Assembly (NCBI GenBank): GCA_963792395.1
Contig: CAWBWE010000014.1
Coordinates: 229,912-293,911, forward strand
Reading direction: 5' to 3'
From: an uncultured Bacteroidales bacterium
GTDB lineage: Bacteria > Bacteroidota > Bacteroidia > Bacteroidales > GCA-2748055
DNA length: 64,000 bases
Shown: piece by piece, positions 34,251 through 43,102 of the stretch
Numbering within the stretch: position 1 is the stretch's first letter
How the letters are laid out: each line of letters starts with the position of its first letter
Program-made: the position numbers and the translations under genes
The notes under the pieces: model-generated
Seen by the model: only the letters and a program-made list of their open reading frames with translations
What the model was told of the DNA's origin: nothing
The model's database searches: none

Positions 34251-34900
34251 CTATAGATTTTGAGTGGAATGAATGGGGGTGGACTTCTGCAGATAGACTT
34301 CTTAGTAGCAATAGTACACCCAGACCGGCAACTACCCCCATATACAGCGACATGGGAAGGTCGGTATGTCGACCCAGATCCATGGCGTGGCAGGTGGCCA
34401 GGGTAATAAATACAATGGAAAGCAGCCCGTGAAATACCCGCCAGGTGGAATGTTTCATACCCAGCCTTTTTCGGAAAGCCGAGGTGATGCCCAGGATCAG
34501 CATCAGGACCCAGGCCATCAACCCCAGAATAAGACCCTGGCTGTCCCAGGTAGTAATCAGGGTGCTGAAAGCCTCACCGGGGGTGATACCGGCTTCAAAG
34601 AATCTGGGGACCACGATCAGCAGTGGGTGTACCAGGAGGACGGAAACAAAGAGGTATCCGATGAGCTTGTGAAGCTCTGAGCACTTTACCCATTTTGTGT
34701 GGTTTAAGCATTCCCCTATTCCCTCTGGAGAGGAAGAACTGTCCCAGCATCAGGAAATAAGCCAGGAGGGTCAATATGGAAATGATTTCTTTCAGGAAAC
34801 TTCGCCGGGGAGTGTCTCCCAGGGCCCAGAACAGGAGGGGCAGCGCCAGGAAAAACAGGATGCCGGCAAGGCGGTTGTATGTTTTCATTGCTATATGCAT
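34251..34900 (-). pseudogene. Polytopic membrane protein, ferric-reductase/MsrQ-like (candidate di-haem b electron conduit), frame interrupted
   Basis: MHIAMKTYNRLAGILFFLALPLLFWAL... (34595-34900) continues after a break near 34675 as ...HKLIGYLFVSVLLVHPLLIV...WRVFHGLLSIVFITLATCH.... Conserved His residues sit in the TM helices. The 3' end depends on the length of the G5 run at 34275-34279. Confidence 0.5.
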
Positions 34901-34901
34901 A

Positions 34902-35117
34902 TTATCCCCATGAAACGATTACCGGAATGGACTTTTCCGGAGAAATACTTATGGCATCCACCGGGCAGTACATGCGGCACAGGTGACAAATCTGGCAATC
35001 GGCCGGGTAGGTGATTACTGCCTTTCCGGTTTTGGGATCCTTGCGGATCACATCGGTGGGGCAGGTCTCTATGCAGGTACCGCATCCTATACATCCCTTA
35101 ATACTGGAAATCGACAT
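34902..35117 (-). CDS. 4Fe-4S dicluster ferredoxin (AprB/FrdB-like small subunit)
   Basis: 71 aa with two Cys clusters, CIGCGTCIETCP and CQICHLCRMYCP. Its stop lies 1 nt before the start of the TM gene. Confidence 0.9.
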   Translation of the reverse strand: MSISSIKGCIGCGTCIETCPTDVIRKDPKTGKAVITYPADCQICHLCRMYCPVDAISISPEKSIPVIVSWG

Positions 35118-35317
35118 AAGATTAATTTTTATTAAAATTAACTTCCGGGAAGGTCCTTTCGAAAAAGTTTCAACCTATGGGCACTTTGCATCTACCAAGC
35201 GGGTGGTTTTATCAATGGGAGTAAAGGCTGTTAGTTTACCTGACTTAAGGTACCCGACACGCTAAAGCTGCTTAACTCTGATCCTGCCGAATAGGTCCCA
35301 TCCCACCAGATTACAAG

Positions 35318-36013
35318 TTATTTAGTTCCGTTCATGTTATAATACAGGGTGATTTCAGCGATGTCCCGAAGGAAATCGATCTTCCCGATCTCATAGCGTG
35401 AAATGTTGATGCCGGTGCGCATTTTGAGATCAGCCATCAAAGCCTCTTTCTTATCGGCGTGAATATTTTCGATCTGCTCGTAAACCAGTTTTATGGATCC
35501 CTCCTGTTTCAGCATCAGCCTGTTCTCCAGGAACCACAGTCCGAAAAAAATGACGGCATTGGTAAACATCAGTTCCACATAACTTACCTTCTTATTGGCA
35601 AGGGCATTCACCACGGAGATGCCAATCACAATAAACAGGTAGGTCATCTCCTTAATGGGAATGGTATCTGTCCGGTATCGGATAATCCCGAATATGGCAA
35701 AGAGCCCCAGGGCAAATCCCAGTTCCAGCTTTACATTATTCAGAAGGAAACATAAGAGAAAAACAATCACTCCTATGGCCAGGTAGGAGAAATAGAAATC
35801 CTTGCGCTGACTGTTTTTGGAGTATAACACATGCACCACCAGGAAAACCACGGAGGTGTTTAGTGTAAATCTTAAGAGGAGTTCCAGAAAATCGGATAGA
35901 TTAATGAGCTTGATACCCAGAAAACGTGCCTCCTCTTCCCAGGCTGTGATATCTCCAAGGACGGGAATAACAGCGTTGAGGGAGTCAATGAGTGTGCTAG
36001 CTTGTTCGATCAT
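35318..36013 (-). CDS. DUF4956-family polytopic membrane protein
   Basis: 231 aa with several TM helices and the conserved stretch LGFALGLFAIFGIIRYRTDTIPIKEMTYLF. It lies 1 nt downstream of the VTC gene. Confidence 0.7.
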   Translation of the reverse strand: MIEQASTLIDSLNAVIPVLGDITAWEEEARFLGIKLINLSDFLELLLRFTLNTSVVFLVVHVLYSKNSQRKDFYFSYLAIGVIVFLLCFLLNNVKLELGFALGLFAIFGIIRYRTDTIPIKEMTYLFIVIGISVVNALANKKVSYVELMFTNAVIFFGLWFLENRLMLKQEGSIKLVYEQIENIHADKKEALMADLKMRTGINISRYEIGKIDFLRDIAEITLYYNMNGTK

Positions 36014-36014
36014 C

Positions 36015-36785
36015 TTAGGTGCTTTTTATGAGCGTGTATAAATCCATATCTGTTTCTATGGTCTTTTGAATTTTTCTTATTTTACTCTTGAATGCGTTTC
36101 GCTTCAGTTCCTGATCTGTCAGGACTCTCCCCACACAGTACTTGCTGAAGCCGGATGCTCTGATCCGTTCTTCTCTCAAGGCGAGGGCAAGGGGAGACAC
36201 GCTTTTCCTTCCATCCGTTTTGATCTCAATGATGGTCAGATTCTCGAGCCTGATCCAGGTTCCGCCTGTGGCATATCGAAGGTTCCGGTCCACGGTGCAT
36301 CTCTCCCTGAAGTTTTTGTTTACAAGAGTTAGCCGGGAAAACTGGTTTTCCAGCGAAGGGCTCAGATCCTGGCAGCTATAAGGAGAGTTGGCATGTATAA
36401 ACTCCCTCTCTTCCGATGAAAATATGAGCTCATTCATATCCGCGGTGATGCGTTTCTTAAAAGTCCTGCCCTTATTGCTTTTGTTTTTAATCTCTAAAAA
36501 GCAAATCCCCGAAGAGAGATAAGATCTGCGTCGAATTTTGTAGCGGTTCAGGTTTCCGTTGTGGTGCCTGAGATACATCCGGTTCTCCGGAGTGTCGAAA
36601 TAGGTGGAGGAATAGGGAAATTCAAACTGGCCGTTAATATCAAGTATATAATAATCGTTCCTGACCGACTGAAGTATTCCATGTAAATGCTCCTCATGAA
36701 ACCAGAATTTCTGATCCATTCGATCCATCAGTTTCACCTGGTCCATCTGTTCCAGTTGAATGGGTGCAAAAAGATTTGTTTTCAT
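36015..36785 (-). CDS. VTC-domain (CYTH-like, polyphosphate-polymerase-type) protein
   Basis: 256 aa. The stretch ...DRMDQKFWF...YFDTPENRMYLRHHNGNLNRYKIRRRSY...FLEIKNKSNKGRTFKKR follows the VTC/CYTH tunnel strand pattern (alternating basic residues). Confidence 0.75.
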   Translation of the reverse strand: MKTNLFAPIQLEQMDQVKLMDRMDQKFWFHEEHLHGILQSVRNDYYILDINGQFEFPYSSTYFDTPENRMYLRHHNGNLNRYKIRRRSYLSSGICFLEIKNKSNKGRTFKKRITADMNELIFSSEEREFIHANSPYSCQDLSPSLENQFSRLTLVNKNFRERCTVDRNLRYATGGTWIRLENLTIIEIKTDGRKSVSPLALALREERIRASGFSKYCVGRVLTDQELKRNAFKSKIRKIQKTIETDMDLYTLIKST

Positions 36786-36930
36786 CCCTTGGTTTTTATG
36801 CTTGGTTCAAAACTAGGGACAAGGTTCTGGGCTTGAAATTAATTTCAACGGATGACTGTTTTTTATCTACCAGCGGATGGCGTCCATCCGCAGGAAACTG
36901 TTGGGGTCCTCCCAAAGTAAGAGGCCCTAT

Positions 36931-36959
36931 GAAAAAGGGTGCCCTTTTGGAGCACCCTC
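36931..36959 (-). terminator. Rho-independent terminator after the Spy-like gene
   Basis: The minus-strand RNA forms the stem AGGGUGC-(9 nt)-GCACCCU followed by UUUUC. It lies about 65 nt after the stop at 37025. Confidence 0.7.
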
Positions 36960-36962
36960 TTC

Positions 36963-37006
36963 AACTAACCCTAAAACTAAAACTAACCCTAAAACTAAAC
37001 CTAACT
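36963..37006. repeat. Perfect 18-bp tandem duplication (aactaaccctaaaactaa x2) plus a partial third unit
   Basis: The units are 36963-36980 and 36981-36998, and they are identical. The tail acctaact is degenerate. The repeat lies between the Spy-like stop codon and its terminator. Confidence 0.9.
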
Positions 37007-37024
37007 ATGAAAAGTATTTTACTG

Positions 37025-37444
37025 CTACCTGGCAGGCCTTTGCCCCCCCTGGGGCCTCTGGCTGCTTCTTTGTTTTTCCTGCTTTTTAAGCCAGGCTGTA
37101 TATTGCTTCTGCTGATCTTTGGTGAGTACAGCGTTTACTTCTTTTTCAAGCGTACTTTCCAGAGCTTCCATTTTTTCCCGGCTGGGACGCTGGCTGCTTT
37201 TCATAAGCACCTCCATCTGGTCATAATGTGCAACATAGAGTTCAGAGACCTGCGTGTTCTGCTGTTCCGTCAGATCGAGTTCTTTATCCAGCTCACTGAT
37301 CATCTTTTCGATCTGCTTGTCGCTGGGTGGCTGGGGCGGACCCTGCTGCCCCCCACTGGGCTGGGCCAGTGCAAAACCGCCTGTAAGTAAGGTAATTATT
37401 AGTGCGGCACTAATCTTTTTTAAATTCTTAAAGCTTGCTTTCAT
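37025..37444 (-). CDS. Periplasmic Spy/CpxP-like (LTxxQ-motif) protein
   Basis: 139 aa with a signal peptide (ISAALIITLLTGGFALAQ), two LTxxQ-type motifs (LDLTEQQ and LTKDQQ), and Gly/Pro/Gln-rich termini. Confidence 0.65.
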   Translation of the reverse strand: MKASFKNLKKISAALIITLLTGGFALAQPSGGQQGPPQPPSDKQIEKMISELDKELDLTEQQNTQVSELYVAHYDQMEVLMKSSQRPSREKMEALESTLEKEVNAVLTKDQQKQYTAWLKKQEKQRSSQRPQGGQRPAR

Positions 37445-37492
37445 TATTTCTCTGTATTAGTGATTTTTAAAATTTGCTTTTTATCCTTTTTT

Positions 37493-38689
37493 CTAATTGG
37501 TATCACGTACCAGGCGAACGTAGTTGTAGTAGCGTTCACCTCCTTCGCCCAGGGGGCCTCCTTCGTATTTGGTATCGAAACGCACCCCTCCGGCTCCGTG
37601 AAAGTCTTCTCCTTCACCATTAACAGCCATGCCAAATGCCACATACCAGGCATAGTAGTAGGGCTCACCGCTGGTAAAATTGGCCGAGGTACTGGTCCAG
37701 TAGTACCCGTAATCTTCATTACCTGCTTCATTTACAATGGGAGTACAGTTAAAGAGCGGATCTATAGCCGGTCCCACATTGGCATCCTCCGTGGCACTTG
37801 GTGAGCGTGAATAATCCACGATGCTCTGGAGTTCCTTCACATTTGGAAGGCGCCAGTCAGAATACCCGGCCAGCTCCGAACCTTCCGCATACCACAGGGC
37901 ATCTTCCCAGTCAACTCCCTGGCCATTATCCTCCCTGCCCCACATTAAGCCGGAAGCATGGTCGGTGACGGTCCCATCGCCATTGTCGGTATATTCGTTG
38001 ACTCCGTAATCCCCCCCGCGGACTGCCCGTACGTATTTTCCGCCCACGGGGCCCCGGGCTTCTGCTGAATATGCTTTTATGTGACCGGTCACATGGTTTA
38101 CACCAAATGCGGATGATGAACCACCCTCTACAGTTACACCCACATAGTAGTTGCCCGACCAGAATTGCTCGTCTTTCGTCACCTGACCGCTTGCCAGATC
38201 GAAGTAATCGGTATTCAGATAGGGCCATCCCAGACCGAAATCACTGATAGAGAACAACTCTTTCAGGCCGGGGATGCGCCAGTCTTCATGATCCGCCAGT
38301 TCCAGCTCCTGGCAGTAATCAAGGGCTTCCTGCCAGGTAAAATCATCTGATGAAGGGGTCTGTTGCCACATCAGTCCGGTGTTCAGATCGGTAATGGTTC
38401 CATCACCATTGTCCTGATAATTCATCTCATCACCTGCCAGGTAACTGGCATCCTGCCCATACAGGGTCTGTCCGGGATTCAGGCTTTCTATGACTTCACC
38501 ATCCAGATCATAAAGGGTGGTCTGTCCACTGGCGCTTAGCAGGAAGTTGAAGACGCTTAATATCTGAGTATCATCGACCTCTGCCTCATCCACAAGTTCC
38601 GTTTCTTCGCAGCTTATGAGCAGCGTTACACATAGCAGGGTGGCCGCTGTTTTAAGTAAGCTTGCTCTGATATGGGTTTTCTCTTTCAT
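37493..38689 (-). CDS. Lipoprotein with two DUF1566 (Lcl C-terminal-like) domains, paralogue A
   Basis: It has the lipobox TLLISCEE and the repeated signatures DNGDGTITDLNTGLMWQQ and DNGDGTVTDHASGLMWGRED. Other features are ...DWRLPNVKELQSIV and the C-terminus ...YVRLVRDTN. Confidence 0.75.
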   Translation of the reverse strand: MKEKTHIRASLLKTAATLLCVTLLISCEETELVDEAEVDDTQILSVFNFLLSASGQTTLYDLDGEVIESLNPGQTLYGQDASYLAGDEMNYQDNGDGTITDLNTGLMWQQTPSSDDFTWQEALDYCQELELADHEDWRIPGLKELFSISDFGLGWPYLNTDYFDLASGQVTKDEQFWSGNYYVGVTVEGGSSSAFGVNHVTGHIKAYSAEARGPVGGKYVRAVRGGDYGVNEYTDNGDGTVTDHASGLMWGREDNGQGVDWEDALWYAEGSELAGYSDWRLPNVKELQSIVDYSRSPSATEDANVGPAIDPLFNCTPIVNEAGNEDYGYYWTSTSANFTSGEPYYYAWYVAFGMAVNGEGEDFHGAGGVRFDTKYEGGPLGEGGERYYNYVRLVRDTN

Positions 38690-38731
38690 CGTTTCTGTTT
38701 TTTGACTTATAAACAGCTATGCGTTTTTGTA

Positions 38732-40046
38732 TTACAGGTCCCTCACCAGCCGTACATAGTTGGAAATTCTTACAGCATCGCCCTGGGGACCGTGTCCTTC
38801 GGAATACTGGGAAGGATCTCCGGCTCTTGGGATCACTGCGCTGTGCTCCGGCACCATGAACATCGATCCAGTTGGTTTCTGCACCGCTGTTCTTGATGTT
38901 GGAGGTAGCCATGGGTGCTTGAACGCCGGGCATTTCAGACATATTACCCATGGCCCGGCCAAATGCCACATAAGCTCCCCAGGCACCGTCGTTGGCTTCT
39001 GTCCAGTTGGCATGGGTGGTGCTGCTCCAGTAGAAGGGATAGTCCTCTTCCCCTGCTTCATTGGTAATTTGTGTACAGCTGAATAGGGGATCTATGGCGG
39101 CTGTACCACTGCTGGCAGGTGAACGTGTGTAGTCAACAATACTCTGCAACTCTTTGGCATCAGGCAGGCGCCAGTCGCTGTGTCCCGCAAATACCATGTT
39201 CTCCGAATAACTTAGAGCATCTTTCCAGAGCACTCCCTCGCCATTGTCCTCCTGCATCCACATCAGCTCGGTGGCGTGATCGGTGATAGTCCTATCGCCA
39301 TTGTCGATAAATTCATTGATCCCATAGCTTGTATTTCCCCGGACCAGCAGGTAGTTGAATGCTTTCTCCTGATCCATCATCTGTGTGCCATAGCCCTTGA
39401 TGCGGCCGTCGGCAAAATTTACTCCAAAGACCAGGGGTTCGACCTCCATACTCACATACATATTGGTGGAGGCACATTGCATATCTATGAGTCTTTCACC
39501 GGCATCGATATCCCCGTAGGCAAACTCAAAAAAATCGGTATTAATAAAGGGGATCAGTTCATCCGTGGAGCTGCCTTCGTATCCGCTGATATCTCTGCCA
39601 CTGAACATAATCAGCGAATACTGCTCTTTTATGGTAGGCACCCGCCAGTCGGTATACCCTCCGGTGGTGCATGTTTCCGGGATGGCAAGGATCTCGTTAA
39701 AGCTAAGCTTATCGTCATAATCAATGGAACCATCCCCGTTGTGGTCAAAAGAACTTTGCCACATCAGTCCTGTGACCATATCAGTCACGGTTCCATCCCC
39801 ATTATTTACATAGTAAGGCTCATTCCCCGGGTAGTTGGCATTCTGGCCAAAAAAATCTTCTCCATCACTTATGATGGAGGTGGTGGTGGTGTTGTTATAA
39901 TAGGTATTCTGGTTGGTTCCCACAATTGGAAAGCCGCTTATATTGGGCAGATTCTCCACCGGATCGACTTCAGCAACTGTGATCTCTTCGCAGGCGGTGA
40001 AGCCAAACAATAAGGCTGCAAGCAAGCCTGTGATATAAGTTCTCAT
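38732..40046 (-). pseudogene. Lipoprotein with two DUF1566 domains, paralogue B, one frame break near 38830
   Basis: It has the lipobox LFGFTACEE and the signatures GDGTVTDMVTGLMWQSS and DNGDRTITDHATELMWMQED. The true C-terminus ...NYVRLVRDL* lies in the 38732-39061 frame. The tail of ORF 38652-40070 is out of frame. Confidence 0.75.
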
Positions 40047-40121
40047 TTTTAAGTGGGCATCAGGTTTCATCTCAAGGGTTCAATTGAATTATGATACAAA
40101 CCTAAGTCGCTGCCCGGGGCA

Positions 40122-40154
40122 GAAAAAAGGAATCCACCGGGCCGGGGGATTCCT
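40122..40154 (-). terminator. Rho-independent terminator after the lactate permease gene
   Basis: The minus-strand RNA forms an 8-bp stem AGGAAUCC-(11 nt)-GGAUUCCU followed by a U-run. It lies 33 nt after the stop at 40187. Confidence 0.75.
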
Positions 40155-40186
40155 CTACAAAAGGGGTGATTCTATCAATGAGCGTT

Positions 40187-41869
40187 TCAGAGCAAACCCT
40201 GTCCCACCGTATAGACCAGGATCAGGCCAATGAGCCCCACAATGCCACCCACAATGGCCATGGGCAGGAGGTTTCGCCGGATCAGGAGCCCTTCCACACC
40301 TACCAGTCCAACCGTGGCACAGGCCGCGATTACATTGTGGACGCAGATCATATTGCCCATGGCACCACCGATGTTCTGCAGGCTCACGATCAGGATGGTG
40401 GAGAAGCCCAGCTGCTCGGCAACGGAGAACTGGAACAGGGAAAAGAGCATATTGGAAACCGTATTGGATCCCGCCATAAAGGAGCCCAGGGCCCCTACAA
40501 AGGCGTCCACCAGCGGCCAGCTGCCCTGGAAGATGCTGCTCATGGCAGTGGCCATGGCAATGGGCATCCCTACGATGCCTTCCGGATTGTTCCCCGACTG
40601 CATCATGATCCGTACCATGGGGACCGCAAAAATCAGCGCGATCACAGGATTCTTAATTCGTTTAAGGGCCTCTGACCAGGCGGCTCCCACCTCCCTTCTT
40701 TTCATCCCGAAGAGAGGGATGCAGAGCAGGGAGACCAGAATAAAGGGCATGATACCTGGATTATACAAGGGATCAATGGTCCCGCTTACCGAAGTGCCAA
40801 ACAAGCCGGTGTAGGGAATATCTGCCGATTTTACCCAGGCATAGAAGGGCAGGCTGCGAACTCTGGTGAGCACAAGCAGCAGCCCGATAAATACATAGGG
40901 CATCCAGGCTTTCAGAATGGATGCTTTTGACTGCCCCTGGTTTCTCCATGCTGATAGAGCCCACCCAATTCTTTTCCCACTGCGATCTGTCGGGGAAATC
41001 CCAGCTTGTTTTGGGAACAAGGAACCCTGCTTTGGTGGCCGGGATCAGGATGGCCAGTCCAAGGAGTCCACCCAGCAGACTGGGGAACTCGGGTCCCAGA
41101 AGCAGGGCCACGGCCACATAGGGTCCCACAAAACAGAACCCGGCAAAAAGGGCGTAGGGCCAGATGGCCAGTCCGTCTTTGATGCTGCGTTTCTCCCCGA
41201 AGAACCGGGTCATCATCATTACCATAATCAGGGGCAGAAGCAGTCCGGGAAGCGCATGCTGCAGGGCGGTCCATACCCCGATCTGTTGCATATATTCGGC
41301 ATAGGTGAGACCCGATTGGGCAATGTACTCCTGTACGGAAGGGATATCCAGTGAGGACTGGATTCCCAGAAGTGTGGGTGTGCCCACCGATCCGAAAGAA
41401 ACCGGGGTCACATTGGCAATCAGAGCCACCATAACCGCAGCCAGGGCAGGGAATCCCAGGGAGAGCAGCAGGGGAGCAGCCAGCGCTGCGGGGGTTCCAA
41501 AACCTGCAGATCCTTCTATAAATCCACCAAAGAGCCAGGCTATGATAATGGCCTGCACCCGCTTATCGGGTGAAATATTGGTAAATCCACGATTGATCGC
41601 TTCGATGGCACCGCTTTCACGCATGGTAAACAGGAGCAGCAGGGCTCCGAAATACAATAAACAGGATCTTAAAGGCGATGACCACGCCGTTCAGGGTGGA
41701 GGCTGCAATCCAGTTGCCGGGAGTTTTCCAGATGAACAGGGCCAGGAGCAGGGTGATCACAAAGGCCAGGGGCATGGCTTTGGTCGCGGGCCAGCGGAAT
41801 CCCACCATAAAAACAAAGATGGCTAACAATGGGAAGGGCGGCCAGCAGGGCCAGGATTCCGACAGACAT
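40187..41869 (-). pseudogene. lctP: L-lactate/glycolate permease (LctP family), frame interrupted (at least 3 breaks)
   Basis: ORF pieces are 41669-41905, 41617-41829, 40773-41657 and 40187-41020. The protein is polytopic, with LctP-like stretches [22 protein letters not shown] and IGGAMGNMICVHNVIAACATVGL. Confidence 0.8.
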
Positions 41870-41931
41870 AGGGCACAGTTTTTTAGGAGGGATCAAAATA
41901 TCCAAAAAAATCCAATAATTTTGCGGGTGAG

Positions 41932-43065
41932 ATGAATATTCTGATCGCGCCCGATTCCTTTAAGGATTGTATGAGCGCCATGGAGGTGGCTGCCGCCCTG
42001 GGACGGGGGATCCAAAAGATACTTCCGGATGCCTCGTGTAATCTGCTTCCGCTGGCCGACGGGGGTGAAGGGACTGTGGAAGCGGTGATCGATGCCACGG
42101 GAGGCAAACGAAGGGAAGTACAGGTGATGGATCCCTTAATGCGGGAAGTAAACTCTTTCTATGGCATTACCGGAGACGGGGAGACAGCGGTCATCGAGAT
42201 GGCAGCAGCTTCAGGAATTGAACTGCTGGTAGCTGGGGAGCGGGATCCCTGGATCACCTCCACTTTTGGGACCGGTCAGTTGATCAGGGATGCCCTGGAT
42301 CAGGGTGTGAAAAAAATCATGCTGGGTATTGGAGGCAGTGCCACCAATGATGGAGGATCGGGAATGGCCCAGGCCCTGGGAGTGGTATTTCAAGGAAAGC
42401 ACGGGACCATGGAGGTCCGGGGAGGTGGTGCCCTGGACGAAGTGGAACAGATTCAATTGGATGGTCTGGATCCCAGGCTGGCAGGAATTGAAATCGTAGT
42501 TGCCTGTGACGTGGACAATCCACTGACAGGTCCCCGGGGAGCTTCCGCCGTTTATGGTCCGCAAAAGGGGGCCGACGGGCACATGGTAGAGAAACTGGAC
42601 CGGAACCTTCTTCATTTTGCTGAACTGATACGGGATCAGCTGGGGAAAGAGGTGAACACCCTGGCCGGAGCCGGGGCAGCGGGCGGATTGGGAGCGGGCC
42701 TGGTGGCTTTTCTGGACGCCCGCCTGACCTTAGGATTTGATATGATTGCCGGGCTGGTTGGACTTGAAGAGAAGATCCGGGAAGCGGACCTGGTGCTTAC
42801 CGGGGAGGGAAAAATGGATGCCCAGACCCGTTTCGGAAAAACTCCCTTTGGGGTGGCTAAACTGTCCCGTAAGCATGGGAAGCCTGTGATAGGGGTGGCT
42901 GGTACCCTGGATGAGGATGCAGGTCAGTTGTATGAAGAGGGATTCGATCTGCTAATGCCCATACAGGAGAAGCCGGGCGACCTGGAAACTTCCCTGAAAA
43001 ACGCTGAACAACTTCTGGAACGAACCGGGGAACGGCTGGCCAGGTTGCTCAGAATGAAGATTTAG
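41932..43065 (+). CDS. glxK: Glycerate kinase
   Basis: Intact 377-aa ORF. It has the MNILIAPDSFKD N-terminus, ADGGEGT, and TGEGKMDAQT motifs. Confidence 0.9.
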   Translation: MNILIAPDSFKDCMSAMEVAAALGRGIQKILPDASCNLLPLADGGEGTVEAVIDATGGKRREVQVMDPLMREVNSFYGITGDGETAVIEMAAASGIELLVAGERDPWITSTFGTGQLIRDALDQGVKKIMLGIGGSATNDGGSGMAQALGVVFQGKHGTMEVRGGGALDEVEQIQLDGLDPRLAGIEIVVACDVDNPLTGPRGASAVYGPQKGADGHMVEKLDRNLLHFAELIRDQLGKEVNTLAGAGAAGGLGAGLVAFLDARLTLGFDMIAGLVGLEEKIREADLVLTGEGKMDAQTRFGKTPFGVAKLSRKHGKPVIGVAGTLDEDAGQLYEEGFDLLMPIQEKPGDLETSLKNAEQLLERTGERLARLLRMKI

Positions 43066-43102
43066 TTAATTTTGCCCATCGGTCAGGAATAATCAATAGA
43101 GT

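Noticed and set aside
32476-34614. A 712-aa fusion protein of TM domain plus flavoprotein, as given by the ORF track.
   Set aside because: A complete TAT leader sits in the middle of the ORF. Both alternative lengths of the G5 run at 34275-34279 terminate the TM frame exactly at the internal ATG. The fusion is most likely an indel artefact, so I annotated it as two genes.
36963-37006. A CCCTAAA-containing repeat resembling plant-type telomere units.
   Set aside because: There are only two 18-bp units, embedded in a bacterial 3' UTR between a stop codon and a terminator. It is not an array and not at a sequence end, so the resemblance is coincidental.
37493-40046. DUF1566 genes considered as targets of a diversity-generating retroelement. 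DUF1566/C-type-lectin folds are frequent DGR variable proteins.
   Set aside because: There is no reverse transcriptase or Avd-like gene in the window. I found no near-identical template or variable repeat pair. The 3' ends of the two paralogues are far too diverged, and their differences are not adenine-specific.
40111-40121. The GC-rich palindrome CTGCCCGGGGCAG near the lctP 3' end, considered as a terminator.
   Set aside because: The A/T run is on the wrong side for either strand. The adjacent AGGAATCC/GGATTCCT hairpin with its U-run (40122-40154) is the functional-looking terminator.
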